Positions 47,046 through 57,158 of a stretch of DNA of 64,000 bases are shown piece after piece. Made by a program: the position numbers and the translations under genes. How positions within the stretch are numbered: position 1 is the stretch's first letter; the number at the start of each line of letters is the position of its first letter. The stretch is from a virus, in the IMG/VR virus record IMGVR_UViG_3300035698_015907, one strand, 5' to 3'. The notes beneath the pieces are model-generated. The model did no database searches. It was not told the DNA's origin and saw only the letters and a program-made list of their open reading frames with translations.

Positions 47046-47944
47046 TATAATATACCCTCAATTGAATTAGTTCCCTTTAGCCTTTCTCTTATGATCCAGA
47101 ACGCAAATCCTGCAACAATAAGTATTAGCAGAATTTGAACTGCAAGTGGTAAGGAACCTAACACACCAACAATAGATGCTACAAGTGCACCTAGTGCAGA
47201 CCATATTGTAGTTGAATTCATAGCGCCTTTGTTTTCTTTCTGGGGAGCAGGATTCATGATAAGAACTTCTTCATTCTCGTCTGAATTCTTTTTGGCTACT
47301 AAATCACCGGGCGCTGGAATAACACCTTCAGAATTTCTTAGTGCAGTTTCGAATTTAAGAGCGTAGTCAGCTATTACTTTTGATTTATCAACACCATTTA
47401 CTATTTTTCTAGCTGCAGCGTATTCTTTAGCATCTTCAGCGTCTGATTCATCTACGCCATCTAGATAATCTGGAAGTTTCTTTCCAGTAAACATGCCTTT
47501 TAGCATGCCTTCATATATGATTTGAGCTGCAATATCTGGATCTAGCGCTAGGCTCGGATTCTTAACAAGATCAAGCTTGAGCCACTCACCCATTTTCTTA
47601 TAGTTGTATTCATGGGTTAGCTGAACAAATCCTCTACCAAAGAAACCAGTTTTCCAGTAAGGAGTCTTTACCCAAGTCAACTGGCCTTTGCTCCAAGCGC
47701 TATTTAAACGAGCAATAGCCTGAGCATCTGTGTCTGCGAATGTCTCTCTTACCGGTTCCATAGTTGCGCCAGTTTCATGCCATGCAGTTGCTAGAACGTA
47801 AGAAATCCATTCAGTATTAAAATTTCTTCTTTCGCCTTCTGTAATAAGAAGTTCTATTCCATCAACTTGTCCTTGACCAAGTCTACCCCCAACGGCAAGC
47901 TTAGATCTAATAATATCGAATAATTTTTTTCGATCGTAAAACAA
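47045..47944 (-). CDS. Endolysin, GH19-like lysozyme/chitinase fold, with C-terminal TM helices
   Basis: YVLATAWHET, GRGFVQLTHEYNY, ARKIVNG. Confidence 0.85.
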   Translation of the reverse strand: MFYDRKKLFDIIRSKLAVGGRLGQGQVDGIELLITEGERRNFNTEWISYVLATAWHETGATMEPVRETFADTDAQAIARLNSAWSKGQLTWVKTPYWKTGFFGRGFVQLTHEYNYKKMGEWLKLDLVKNPSLALDPDIAAQIIYEGMLKGMFTGKKLPDYLDGVDESDAEDAKEYAAARKIVNGVDKSKVIADYALKFETALRNSEGVIPAPGDLVAKKNSDENEEVLIMNPAPQKENKGAMNSTTIWSALGALVASIVGVLGSLPLAVQILLILIVAGFAFWIIRERLKGTNSIEGIL

Positions 47945-47969
47945 TTTGTATCTCCTCCTAATTATATTC

Positions 47970-47977
47970 TATTTATA
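47970..47977 (-). promoter_or_regulatory. T4-type late promoter for the lysis cassette
   Basis: TATAAATA on the minus strand upstream of a GGAGG RBS. Confidence 0.75.
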
Positions 47978-48005
47978 TTTTAGTCGTGTACAACTGTATT
48001 AATTT

Positions 48006-48647
48006 GTGGTATTATATAAGAAAAGGAGATTGTTCATGGAGCAGCTGCTAAAAAAGCTCTATCTTGAATATAAACCATGGAATTGCGATCATAATTCTGT
48101 TGAATTATCTGCTGTATCCTATTTTTCTGCTACAGCTCATAAAGGCCAATTTTATGGAAGCAAAGATTATTTCACTGAACATGTGTATGAAGTATACAAA
48201 AAGACTCGTGACATAACAAACGATCCTATTTCGTGTGCTGTAGCTTTGCTTCATGATGTTATTGAAGATACTCCAATTAAACTTGAAGATATTAATAATG
48301 AGTTTGGTTCAGAAGTAGCATTGCTTACTCATTTGTGCACTGATCCTGTTGGCAGCAGCAGAAAAAATAGAAAAAAAGCTCTTTATGATTTGTATGATGA
48401 ATACATTTTCATCGATCCAGTTCTTACGATAAGAGCCGCAACAGTTAAATGTATAGATCGTATTAAAAATCAAGAATATGGAATTTCAAACAATAATATT
48501 TCAAAAATGGAAATGTATGTAAAAGAATTTCCAGAATTCATGCGTAGAATTGGTCATCTTGTTAATAATTCTTATGATGGCGTCATATGGAATGAATTGT
48601 TTGAACAGAATAAAAAAATGATAGAAAGAGCGGTTATATACAAATGA
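48006..48647 (+). CDS. HD-domain (p)ppGpp hydrolase-like protein (SpoT/Mesh1 type)
   Basis: AHKGQ, ALLHDVIEDT, VKCIDRIKN. Confidence 0.8.
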   Translation: MVLYKKRRLFMEQLLKKLYLEYKPWNCDHNSVELSAVSYFSATAHKGQFYGSKDYFTEHVYEVYKKTRDITNDPISCAVALLHDVIEDTPIKLEDINNEFGSEVALLTHLCTDPVGSSRKNRKKALYDLYDEYIFIDPVLTIRAATVKCIDRIKNQEYGISNNNISKMEMYVKEFPEFMRRIGHLVNNSYDGVIWNELFEQNKKMIERAVIYK

Positions 48648-49143
48648 AAGAGCTAAAAGGTAATATCATAAACACAGAGCTGAAACATATTTTTCATGGC
48701 GCTAATTGCAAAGGTGTGATGGGAGCTGGAGTAGCACTTGCACTGAAAAATAATTATGATGGTCTTTTTGAAGAATATAAAAATATGTAGATAGCTTTGA
48801 ATTTGATTCAGAACTTGTGGGCACATCAGTAAGTTATGAACACAAAGAAACAGGAAAATATATTCATAATCTATTTACTCAGTATAATGTAGGATATGGC
48901 AAAAATGCTAGATACAATTATCTAGTAACTGCTGTTATACAAGCATGCCAGGAAATTACGCAGGTTATAGAGCCACTTAAAAGAGCTAGAAGCCCGATAG
49001 AAAAAGCTGGGATGGACCGGATTAAAATTGCAATTCCACGTATTGGTGCTGGTCTTGGTGGTTTAGAATGGTATATTGTTAGAGAACTCTTAGTTGAACT
49101 TGAAGAAAGACTGCTTGTAGAATTCTAGGTGTATACACTTTGA
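48644..49143 (+). CDS. Macro-domain protein with a frameshift (A run 48779-48783) and in-frame TAG (49126)
   Basis: HGANCKGVMGAGVA, NLFTQ, IPRIGAGLGGLEW, terminal VYTL after the TAG. Confidence 0.75.
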
Positions 49144-49509
49144 TCGTAAGACTAGAAAAATTTATTAGTTGACATTGAAAATTTAATGTGATATATTAAT
49201 AATGATTGTGGCATGATGCCACAGTTTGAAAAAGAGCAATCATGAAACTTTTGTTTAGTATTGTAGCAGCGGCTACCATGCTTTTTTCTTCACTTGCATT
49301 TGCACAGACCGCAGTAAGCAGCGTTTGATTGCTACGATCGATCGTGTTGATCCGATTAGTGATGAAGACCTACGTCCCAATATTTCTTCTTGGGCTGACA
49401 TGTGGGATAGTCTTAAGTCTGTAACTGGCTCGAAAGCTGTTGAAATGATGGAAGCATCTAAGGCAGCTCTTGATGATGTTTTGGATGAAGCTACCAAATA
49501 AGTCTAGGA

Positions 49510-49535
49510 TGTAGGAGGGGACGCGTCCCCTCCTA
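49510..49535 (+). terminator. GC-rich hairpin, probable terminator
   Basis: GTAGGAGGGGA-CGCG-TCCCCTCCTAC. Confidence 0.6.
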
Positions 49536-49560
49536 CTATTCATTATGAAATGGGTGTAAT

Positions 49561-49953
49561 ATGAAATTCTTTCTCATTAAATGGATTACAGTTATAGTAT
49601 TTTTCATTGCTACATTTTGGCCAGAATATGGTCTTATGTTTCAGGCGATCAAATACTTCCCTGTTAATCCAGTTCTTGTTTTAGCAATGGTTATGATTTG
49701 GGCAATTCCAGCAGCACTGTTTTTGCCACTTAGCAGATTTTATTTCCAGATGTTTACAACAATATCATTTGTTGGACTGTTCGGAACTTTGACATGGATG
49801 GTATATCCTAATGTAGATTTTATTCTTTCGAATGTCTACATTTATCTTATTGTTCTAGCTGCTGTTATAATTGGTTGGTGGACTGTTTCTACTACAGTAT
49901 GGCGCAGAATGCGTAATATTGTTGCTGTTGATGAAGGCGATGATCCAGACTGA
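49561..49953 (+). CDS. Multi-pass membrane protein
   Basis: Four hydrophobic segments. Confidence 0.6.
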   Translation: MKFFLIKWITVIVFFIATFWPEYGLMFQAIKYFPVNPVLVLAMVMIWAIPAALFLPLSRFYFQMFTTISFVGLFGTLTWMVYPNVDFILSNVYIYLIVLAAVIIGWWTVSTTVWRRMRNIVAVDEGDDPD

Positions 49954-50456
49954 TGCGTATTTTTCTAGATTCAGATGGCGTTGTAGCAGACTTCGATAAG
50001 TCTGCTCGCGCTATTTTAGGAGAAGATCCTAAAGCATTCGAAACGCTAAATGGCGCTAGTAAATTTTGGGAGATATTAGAATCTGCGGATAGATTTTATT
50101 ACAATCTCGAAATAATGCCAGATGCTATGAAACTCATAAACTATCTGATGCCAGTGAATCCAACGATATTATCAGGTGTACCTAACAATATGCCTGAAGC
50201 GCATTATGATAAGCATCAGTGGTACAAAGACAAGCTAAACAATCTATTTCCTGTTATTACATGTCAAAGTAAAGATAAATTCAGATATTGTACATACGGA
50301 GATATTCTGATTGATGATACTTTGAAATATCGTCAGCACTGGGAAGATATGGGTGGAACTTTTGTTCATCATACTTCTGCAGAGAATACAATTAGAACTT
50401 TGCGTTCTAATATACCGTTTCTTATTAAATTAAATTGGAGAATTTTAACGGATTAA
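49953..50456 (+). CDS. HAD-family 5'(3')-deoxyribonucleotidase-like protein
   Basis: FLDSDGVVADF, ILIDD, WEDMGG. Confidence 0.85.
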   Translation: MRIFLDSDGVVADFDKSARAILGEDPKAFETLNGASKFWEILESADRFYYNLEIMPDAMKLINYLMPVNPTILSGVPNNMPEAHYDKHQWYKDKLNNLFPVITCQSKDKFRYCTYGDILIDDTLKYRQHWEDMGGTFVHHTSAENTIRTLRSNIPFLIKLNWRILTD

Positions 50457-50909
50457 TATGAAGTTCATTTGGTATCTTTTCAAGAGTACATTTATTACTG
50501 GATCAGTAATAATCGGGGCAATTTTCTTAGCTTCATTGTTTTTTGCACTAACTTGCAGATCTGGTGATTCTGGTTGTGGAATAATAGCAATTGGTGTACC
50601 ATATGCTCTCTTTATGTATCAATGGATTGTTTGGATTGCTGCTGCTTTATGGACGCTGTTCAAATATATCATTGCTAATCGATTTGGAAATTTTTTATAA
50701 ATGGATGCAAAAGAAGGTGATACTGTTAGATGGATTTCGTCAATAGATAAAATTGAAAGAATTGGCTTGGTTGTAAGAAAACTTCCTTGCAAAAGTAAAA
50801 GAGAGCCACGACCATCGAAGCATTGGTATTCTATTGTTAAATCTACTACGCCTATTATAAGCTTAGAATTAGCACCGAGTTCTGCAATTAAAGAGATAAT
50901 TGAAGCAAG

Positions 50910-51383
50910 TTGACTGTAATAGCATATAGAAATGGTATAATAGCTTCTGATAGTCTTATGGCTGATACTAATAGTGGTAGTGTACATTTCACCACTGAAA
51001 AATTATTCAGAATGGCTAATGGGGAAGTTATAGGTTGCGCTGGAGATATAAGAGAGTATACTAGATTTATTGAATGGTATGAAAGTGGCGAATTCATCGA
51101 CTCTTGGGAACCTCATGAAGAAGATACGTTTGAAGCCATATGTGCGTACTCAAATGGTTGTATTCATTATTTTGACAATTCAACGAGAGCAATAGAAATA
51201 AAAAATGATTACATAGCAATTGGTATTGCAGCAGATGTTGCAATGGGTGCTATGTATATGGGAGCTGATGCAGACATTGCAGTTAAAGCAGCTTGTGAAT
51301 TGAATGTGTGGTGTCGGCTGCCGATTAGAATAGAAAAAATATCAAAAGAGGAATCAAATAATGACTTTAGTACAACATCCTAA
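50910..51383 (+). CDS. HslV/proteasome-beta-like Ntn hydrolase
   Basis: MTVIAY..IASDS, GCAG, AIG..A.GAM..GA. Confidence 0.7.
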   Translation: MTVIAYRNGIIASDSLMADTNSGSVHFTTEKLFRMANGEVIGCAGDIREYTRFIEWYESGEFIDSWEPHEEDTFEAICAYSNGCIHYFDNSTRAIEIKNDYIAIGIAADVAMGAMYMGADADIAVKAACELNVWCRLPIRIEKISKEESNNDFSTTS

Positions 51384-52536
51384 ACTTTACAAAAAAGACG
51401 ATCATGAAAATGTTAGAGTGTGGTGGGTAGAAACTGATGAAGATCAGTATCGAGTAGTGTATGGTGTACTCGATGGTAAAATGGTTGATTCTGATTGGAA
51501 GACTGCGGTACCTAAGAATGTTGGTAAAGTGAATGGAACTACAGGAATATCTCAGGCTATTTCTGAAAAGGATTCTCTTTATAAAAAGCAGCTGAAGCAG
51601 GGTAAGTATCACGAATCCATCGATGATGTTGATGAGGATGGATACTTTGAACCTATGCTCGCTACAGTGTGGACTAATTCTAAAAAGAAGCCCATTGGTA
51701 AAAAAATTCTAGAAGATGCATTTGAATCTAAAAATTATAGAATTTTTGTTCAGCCAAAATTAGATGGTATTCGTAATATTACTACATCTAGCGAGATGAG
51801 ATCACGCAATGGAGAAAAGAGAGTATCATGTCCGCACATTCATAATGCTCTTGCTGATTTCTTTGTACAGCATCCTGATGTTATTCTTGATGGAGAATTG
51901 TACAATCATGAATACCATGATAATTTCAATCAGATACAATCTCACGTTCTAAAAACTAAGCCTGGTCTTATTGATCTTGCCGAGACCGCTAAAAATATCA
52001 AATATTATGTTTATGATGCATATATTCTAAGTCTGCCTACAGTTCCATATAACCAGCGTAACATATTAATTAATGAACTTGTTGGTACTCCCGGTATTGA
52101 AGTAGTAAAAACTCATGAAGTTCTTAGTATGGAAGAACTCGATGAAATTTACGGAGAAATTCTAAACCAGAATTATGAAGGAATGGTTGCTAGAATTAAT
52201 GGTTCATATGAACCCGGTAAGCGTTCTAAGCTCCTCATAAAGCGCAAAGAATTCTTTGATGAAGAATTTGAAATTGTTGATATTATGGAAGGTACTGGCA
52301 ATTGGAACGGAAAAGCTAAATCTGTGAAGTTTAAACTTCCAGATCGTGATCTACCTTATGATAAATTGCCTGAATCTGGTATTAGAGGTGATGAAGCAGA
52401 AATGTCTGAGCTCCTAAGAAATAAAGGCAAGTATATTGGCGGTGATGTTACTGTTAGATACCCCAATAAAACTCCTGATGGGAAGCCGCGGTTTGGTGTT
52501 GCAATCGCTTTTTATGAAGGTAAAAGAAAGTCTTAA
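51361..52536 (+). CDS. gp30: ATP-dependent DNA ligase
   Basis: QPKLDGIR, LDGELY, YEGMVAR, KRK, KPRFG. Confidence 0.93.
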   Translation: MTLVQHPKLYKKDDHENVRVWWVETDEDQYRVVYGVLDGKMVDSDWKTAVPKNVGKVNGTTGISQAISEKDSLYKKQLKQGKYHESIDDVDEDGYFEPMLATVWTNSKKKPIGKKILEDAFESKNYRIFVQPKLDGIRNITTSSEMRSRNGEKRVSCPHIHNALADFFVQHPDVILDGELYNHEYHDNFNQIQSHVLKTKPGLIDLAETAKNIKYYVYDAYILSLPTVPYNQRNILINELVGTPGIEVVKTHEVLSMEELDEIYGEILNQNYEGMVARINGSYEPGKRSKLLIKRKEFFDEEFEIVDIMEGTGNWNGKAKSVKFKLPDRDLPYDKLPESGIRGDEAEMSELLRNKGKYIGGDVTVRYPNKTPDGKPRFGVAIAFYEGKRKS

Positions 52537-52641
52537 TGCTTTGGAGAATCCCTCACACAGTTAAAAATGTTGAGAATAATATCTCGTCATTTGTAAAATG
52601 GATTGTGAAGAAAATAAAAAACTTCAAACACAATAGCTAGG

Positions 52642-52670
52642 TTGACAGCCTAATATTTTTGTGGTATAAT
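52642..52670 (+). promoter_or_regulatory. Sigma70-type early promoter
   Basis: TTGACA-N17-TATAAT with TGTGG extension. Confidence 0.85.
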
Positions 52671-52692
52671 ATAAAAATGATGGAGGTCATTT

Positions 52693-52950
52693 TTGAAATT
52701 CAATTCTAATGCTTCGGCGGAATTTATACTAGATACACCACTGGACCATCCTGAGCGTATTTTTTCTTCCCCATCAACGATGCGGGATGAATATAAAATA
52801 CTTGCGAAAAAGTGGCATCCAGATGTTGTTGGTGATTTAGGTTCCGCCGAAGCAGTTCTTGCTCATATCAATGTTCTTTTTAAGAATGCAAAAGATAAAC
52901 CAGCATATAATGAATTTTATGGGGCTTCATTCAAATTTTCAAAACCATGA
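52693..52950 (+). CDS. Small J-domain protein
   Basis: YKILAKKWHPD...HIN. Confidence 0.7.
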   Translation: MKFNSNASAEFILDTPLDHPERIFSSPSTMRDEYKILAKKWHPDVVGDLGSAEAVLAHINVLFKNAKDKPAYNEFYGASFKFSKP

Positions 52951-53141
52951 AAACATTAAGAGAAGAAGCAATCATAGCAGATGATTGCAATCAAGTTCTT
53001 ACTGATGTTGACCCTCGCGATATACTTTCTTTGTATAAAGAATTAGATGATCTTCGCGAATATATAAGAATATGGCAAATAGAGAAAAAAAGAGTTGACA
53101 ATAAAATCTAGTTGTGGTATAAATAGACTATAATAATTTAT

Positions 53142-53217
53142 GCCCCTGTAGGCAAACGGTAAAGTCAGTCGGTTTAAGCCCGATAATTTGCAGGTTCGAC
53201 TCCTGCCAGGGGCACCA
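53142..53217 (+). tRNA. tRNA-Leu(UAA), short variable loop
   Basis: GTCGG-TTTAAGC-CCGAT, A73, CCA. Confidence 0.85.
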
Positions 53218-53222
53218 AATTT

Positions 53223-53306
53223 GGGCCATCAGCGTTAAATCAGACAGGTGTTTGGAGCAGCCTTTTAAGCTGTCCGCAAGAGGATCGTTACCTCGGTGGC
53301 CCTCCA
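53223..53306 (+). tRNA. tRNA-Lys(UUU) with atypical enlarged D region
   Basis: GGGCCAT/GTGGCCC, loop CTTTTAA, CCA. Confidence 0.7.
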
Positions 53307-53446
53307 CTTTTTATAAGGGTTTTGATTGTTTATGGAAGATTGGATATGTAAAATTGGTGTAGATAATTTATCTATTATCGCATTTGTTTTTATTCTAATT
53401 GTTTCGGAAACAGTGTTTTCTTTCTAATATATGAAATGACATGTGA

Positions 53447-54526
53447 ATGACGAAATATCAGAAATTTGGTTCTAACGTTGTTATTATTGATCGCTATGAA
53501 GATAATATTTTAAATAAAATTCCTTCTGAAACTTTTTTAGTATCATTCAATCCTAATAATGAAAGCTATTTTTTAGAACAGATGTCTGATCTGAAAGTTT
53601 CAGACAAAGTTTATGGTGATGTTGAAAATATAGCTGATAGAATTCTTTATACTTTTGATGATAGAAAAGTATCTACTGGTGTTCTTCTAACTGGTGAAAA
53701 AGGTTCCGGCAAAACTCTTCTTGCAAAAATTCTTTCTAAGAAATTGAAGAAAGCAGAGATTCCGACCATCTTGGTTTCATCGCCATTTTGTGATGATAAC
53801 TTTAAATCTTTTATCCAAAGTATTGATGACAAATGCATGATACTTTTCGATGAATTTGAAAAAGTTTATTCATCAAAAGAACAGATGCAACTATTAACGA
53901 TGTTTGATGGCGTTATGAGTTCTAAAAAGCTGTTCGTTATTACTAGCAATAATGAACATCGTTTAGATTCTAATATGATGAATAGACCAGGTCGTTTCTT
54001 TTATGCATTGCATTATGATTCTATCTCTATAAAGCAAATAAAAGAATATGCAAAGGACAATTTAAAAAATAAGAATAACATAGATTCTCTTATTAAATTA
54101 GGAGAAGTATTATCTAATATGAACTTTGATATGCTTAAAGCTCTTGTTGAGGAAATGAATAGATTTGATTGCTCAGTCAAAACTGCTTTACAATTTCTTA
54201 ATATTTCTCCAAGAAAAATTCTTTTTAATTATGAATTAGTAAATTTTGTTCTTCTAGATGAAGAGTTAGCTAATAGAAGTAAACCTACTAAGAATAATAT
54301 GAATTATAATATTGATATTGAAGAAGATGTTGTACACGTAAATCTCGAAAACAAATCTGGTAAACTAGAGCTTAATTATAATGAAACTGAAATATATTTT
54401 AAGCAGCAAGATATTACTTCTATAAAAGACGGTATTGTTACATACGAAAAGCCGAATCTTGCTGTTGCAAGTTTCGCTCGTAGATCAATTAAAAGAAAAA
54501 ATTATGATATAAAGAATATGTTATAA
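53447..54526 (+). CDS. AAA+ ATPase
   Basis: GEKGSGKT, ILFDEFEK, NRPGRF. Confidence 0.9.
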   Translation: MTKYQKFGSNVVIIDRYEDNILNKIPSETFLVSFNPNNESYFLEQMSDLKVSDKVYGDVENIADRILYTFDDRKVSTGVLLTGEKGSGKTLLAKILSKKLKKAEIPTILVSSPFCDDNFKSFIQSIDDKCMILFDEFEKVYSSKEQMQLLTMFDGVMSSKKLFVITSNNEHRLDSNMMNRPGRFFYALHYDSISIKQIKEYAKDNLKNKNNIDSLIKLGEVLSNMNFDMLKALVEEMNRFDCSVKTALQFLNISPRKILFNYELVNFVLLDEELANRSKPTKNNMNYNIDIEEDVVHVNLENKSGKLELNYNETEIYFKQQDITSIKDGIVTYEKPNLAVASFARRSIKRKNYDIKNML

Positions 54527-54538
54527 ATATATTCAAAT

Positions 54539-54620
54539 GCCCATGTATCGTCACCGCCTCCTAAGCGGTCGTTAAAAGCGTAACTGGAGTATGTCGGTTC
54601 AAGTCCGGCCATGGGTACCA
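54539..54620 (+). tRNA. D-arm-less rearranged tRNA-Arg(CCU)
   Basis: GCCCATG/CATGGGT-ACCA, ACCGC-CTCCTAA-GCGGT, T arm, long variable region. Confidence 0.7.
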
Positions 54621-54629
54621 CAAATTAAC

Positions 54630-54706
54630 GGCCTAGTAACTCAGCTGGACAGAGTAGCTCCCTTCTAAGGAGACAGTCGAGGGTTCGAATCCTTCCTAGG
54701 TCACCA
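54630..54706 (+). tRNA. tRNA-Arg(UCU)
   Basis: Loop CTTCTAA, A20, CCA. Confidence 0.95.
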
Positions 54707-55618
54707 ATTTTAAATGTGTATTATGAACCTATATTTTGAAAAAACATCGTTCTCTCATGTTACTAAAGAAGCTGATACAAGTGATGAATGGGATAGAGAC
54801 GATACTAGTACTGAATGGTCTTTTGGTAGATTAGGTCTTACAAAAAGACAATATGAAGAATCATTTCCAGTCTCATTTGATGTAAAAGCTGGTGATATTG
54901 TTTTTGCAGTAGTAGCAGTATGGAGTACTGGGAATTCATTCAGTCATGATGAACAACACTGTTCTGAACTATTTGGCATATTTAAAGATGCTAACGAAGC
55001 ACTAGAATTTGAAAAAGCACTAAAAAATAAATCTGTACCTGATATATATTATCCGTGGGATGGATATTTTGAAAGTTTAGATTATATTGAACTTTTAACG
55101 AGAATTGTTGAACCGTGAAATGGGCATTACTTTTATTTTTGGTTCCAATGTTTCCGAATGCGGAAGAAACCACTGGTTATTCTATATTTGAAGATGAACT
55201 TGGATATAATATTACAATAGATGCTTCAAATGAAGATGCATGCAACGTCGCAAAAAATTATTTTCTTGGTAAAATTGTAGACCTTCCTACTGAGCAAGAA
55301 CCAGACTGGATTGTTCTCAAATCTATATGTAAATTAGCCTTGACAGCGTAGTCTGTTTGTGTTATTATTAACATATGAATAGGAAAGAGTTTTTCTTAGC
55401 GGTGGCTAAGATAATAGGAAATGAAGATACTTATATAGAACCAACTGACTATATAAGAAGGTGGAAAAGAAAAAGATCAAAAGAAGGTTTATATCCTGGT
55501 TTTGGAATTATTAGATGGTTCAATGAAAATTTGATCTGTGTAGTTTTAGAAGGTTCTGGTTCCAAAGTAGTTTTATCCGCAGATGCAGCTTTGTTAATTA
55601 TCAAAAAGAAGATTGAAA

Positions 55619-55868
55619 ATGAAAAGACGTAATTTTCTAACTGGAATTACATTAGTACTTGCCGCATCTGCAACACGTGCTGTTGCAGCAGAAGATGTTG
55701 CAGTAACTCATGATTATGATGAGTGGATTCATATTACTAATAATATGCCCTATGCCCTATGAGCACACTAAACGCATCGTTGAAAATATTGATGCATTCA
55801 AATTGCATTCGAATTTCATGCTAAATACACATGCAGTAATTGATGGGCGAGATATATACGACGTCTAA
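55619..55868 (+). pseudogene. Tat-signal protein frameshifted by a 7-nt tandem duplication
   Basis: MKRRNFLTG start; TATGCCC repeated twice at 55744-55757; removing one copy opens the frame to 55868. Confidence 0.5.
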
Positions 55869-56097
55869 GAAATTTAATGCAGTTTTAAGTAATGAATTAA
55901 TACAAGATTTGAAAGCTATTCAAGGTTTTGATGCAGAAAAAGAACTAGTAGAGATCATATCTACTGAAATTTCACAGGAACTTGATGAATTTCTGAAATC
56001 TAACCATTATGTCTATGATATATCAGCAGTTAGATTTATAGATGATAGAACGTTTGCACCCTCGCTAGGATTTATAATGAGGTATGCTGAAGTATAA
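55840..56097 (+). CDS. Miniature gp23 (major capsid protein)-like protein
   Basis: ELIQDLKAIQGFDAEKELVEIISTEI and DDRTFAPSLGFIMRY resemble two conserved gp23 segments. Confidence 0.7.
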   Translation: MMGEIYTTSKKFNAVLSNELIQDLKAIQGFDAEKELVEIISTEISQELDEFLKSNHYVYDISAVRFIDDRTFAPSLGFIMRYAEV

Positions 56098-56103
56098 GAA
56101 TTC

Positions 56104-56178
56104 GGGCCTGTAGCTCAATGGTGGAGCCGACCGCTCATAACGGTCTGGTTGTAGGTTCGAATCCTACCGGGCCCACCA
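56104..56178 (+). tRNA. tRNA(CAU), probably Ile2 (lysidine type)
   Basis: GGGCCTG acceptor, loop CTCATAA, ACCA. Confidence 0.85.
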
Positions 56179-56368
56179 CTTTACCCGTGTCTATTCCCAG
56201 ACTCGTTAATAATGGGGAAGGTGTATAGCGGCCACACAGCATCCAGCGCTAGGTATTCTGGATAAACAAAGTGCCTAGTGCCTAGGAAAGACCTGATTGG
56301 AGACTTCGCGAAGTCTCTAATTATAGGATCAGTATTTTGGTAGATACTGATCCTATTCCACAGATTAA

Positions 56369-56459
56369 GCGCGTAAGACTTGGCAGTCAGGGATGTTTTA
56401 TAAACATTTCGCTCCAGATGGGAGCCCTTGAGAGAGTTCGATCCTCTCTGCGCGCACCA
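56369..56459 (+). tRNA. tRNA-Ile(UAU) with long variable arm and short D arm
   Basis: GATGT-TTTATAA-ACATT, GCTCC/GGAGC variable stem, ACCA. Confidence 0.7.
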
Positions 56460-56464
56460 ACATT

Positions 56465-56539
56465 GCTAGATAGGAGTTGATAGCGGCTCGCTGGACTGTG
56501 AATCCGGAGGGGTAGGGGCAGTACCTACATCTAGTACCA
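56465..56539 (+). tRNA. tRNA-His(GUG) lacking G-1
   Basis: Loop CTGTGAA, G1:U72, A73. Confidence 0.85.
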
Positions 56540-57158
56540 ATAGGAGGAATTTTTATGGATAAAACAGTAGGTAGATGTTCTCAATGTGGAGGCAATGTTA
56601 CAGTTCCAAGTGAATGGCTTGGCATACATCCTCCGGTTCCAACTTGTCATTCTTGCGGAGCTCAAGCAGTTAGCAGATTGCCAATCATAGAAACTGAGCC
56701 AGTCGCAGAAGCTAATTCTGTAGGTTATCTTGCAGAATTTGATAAATGGACGAATAACACTCGTTCAAAATTAGATAAGATTTATAATTTAAAAGAAAAT
56801 AGCAAACCATAGGTAATTTAATTTGGAAGATGATGAATTTGGCCTTGAGATGCTAGAATCAGTATCAATAGGTTACGAGCTGGGTGAAAAGTTCATGTTT
56901 ATGCTTAATGACAATCCAGCTGAAAATGTAATAGATATGCATGGCAAACCAATAAAGGAAGATTTCTTCGTTCCAGAATTAAATGACGAAGATGAAATAA
57001 AAGGTTTCAATGCTGCTATTCATGATCATCTACAAGTTGAAGATGATTTTGATTATCTGAAGTTGTTTCTTTTTATAAAGAACGCAGGTTAATATAAAAT
57101 GAATATGAAAATAAAGGAGAGTTGTATGTTATGTAGATAAACTACAGGAGAACATACA

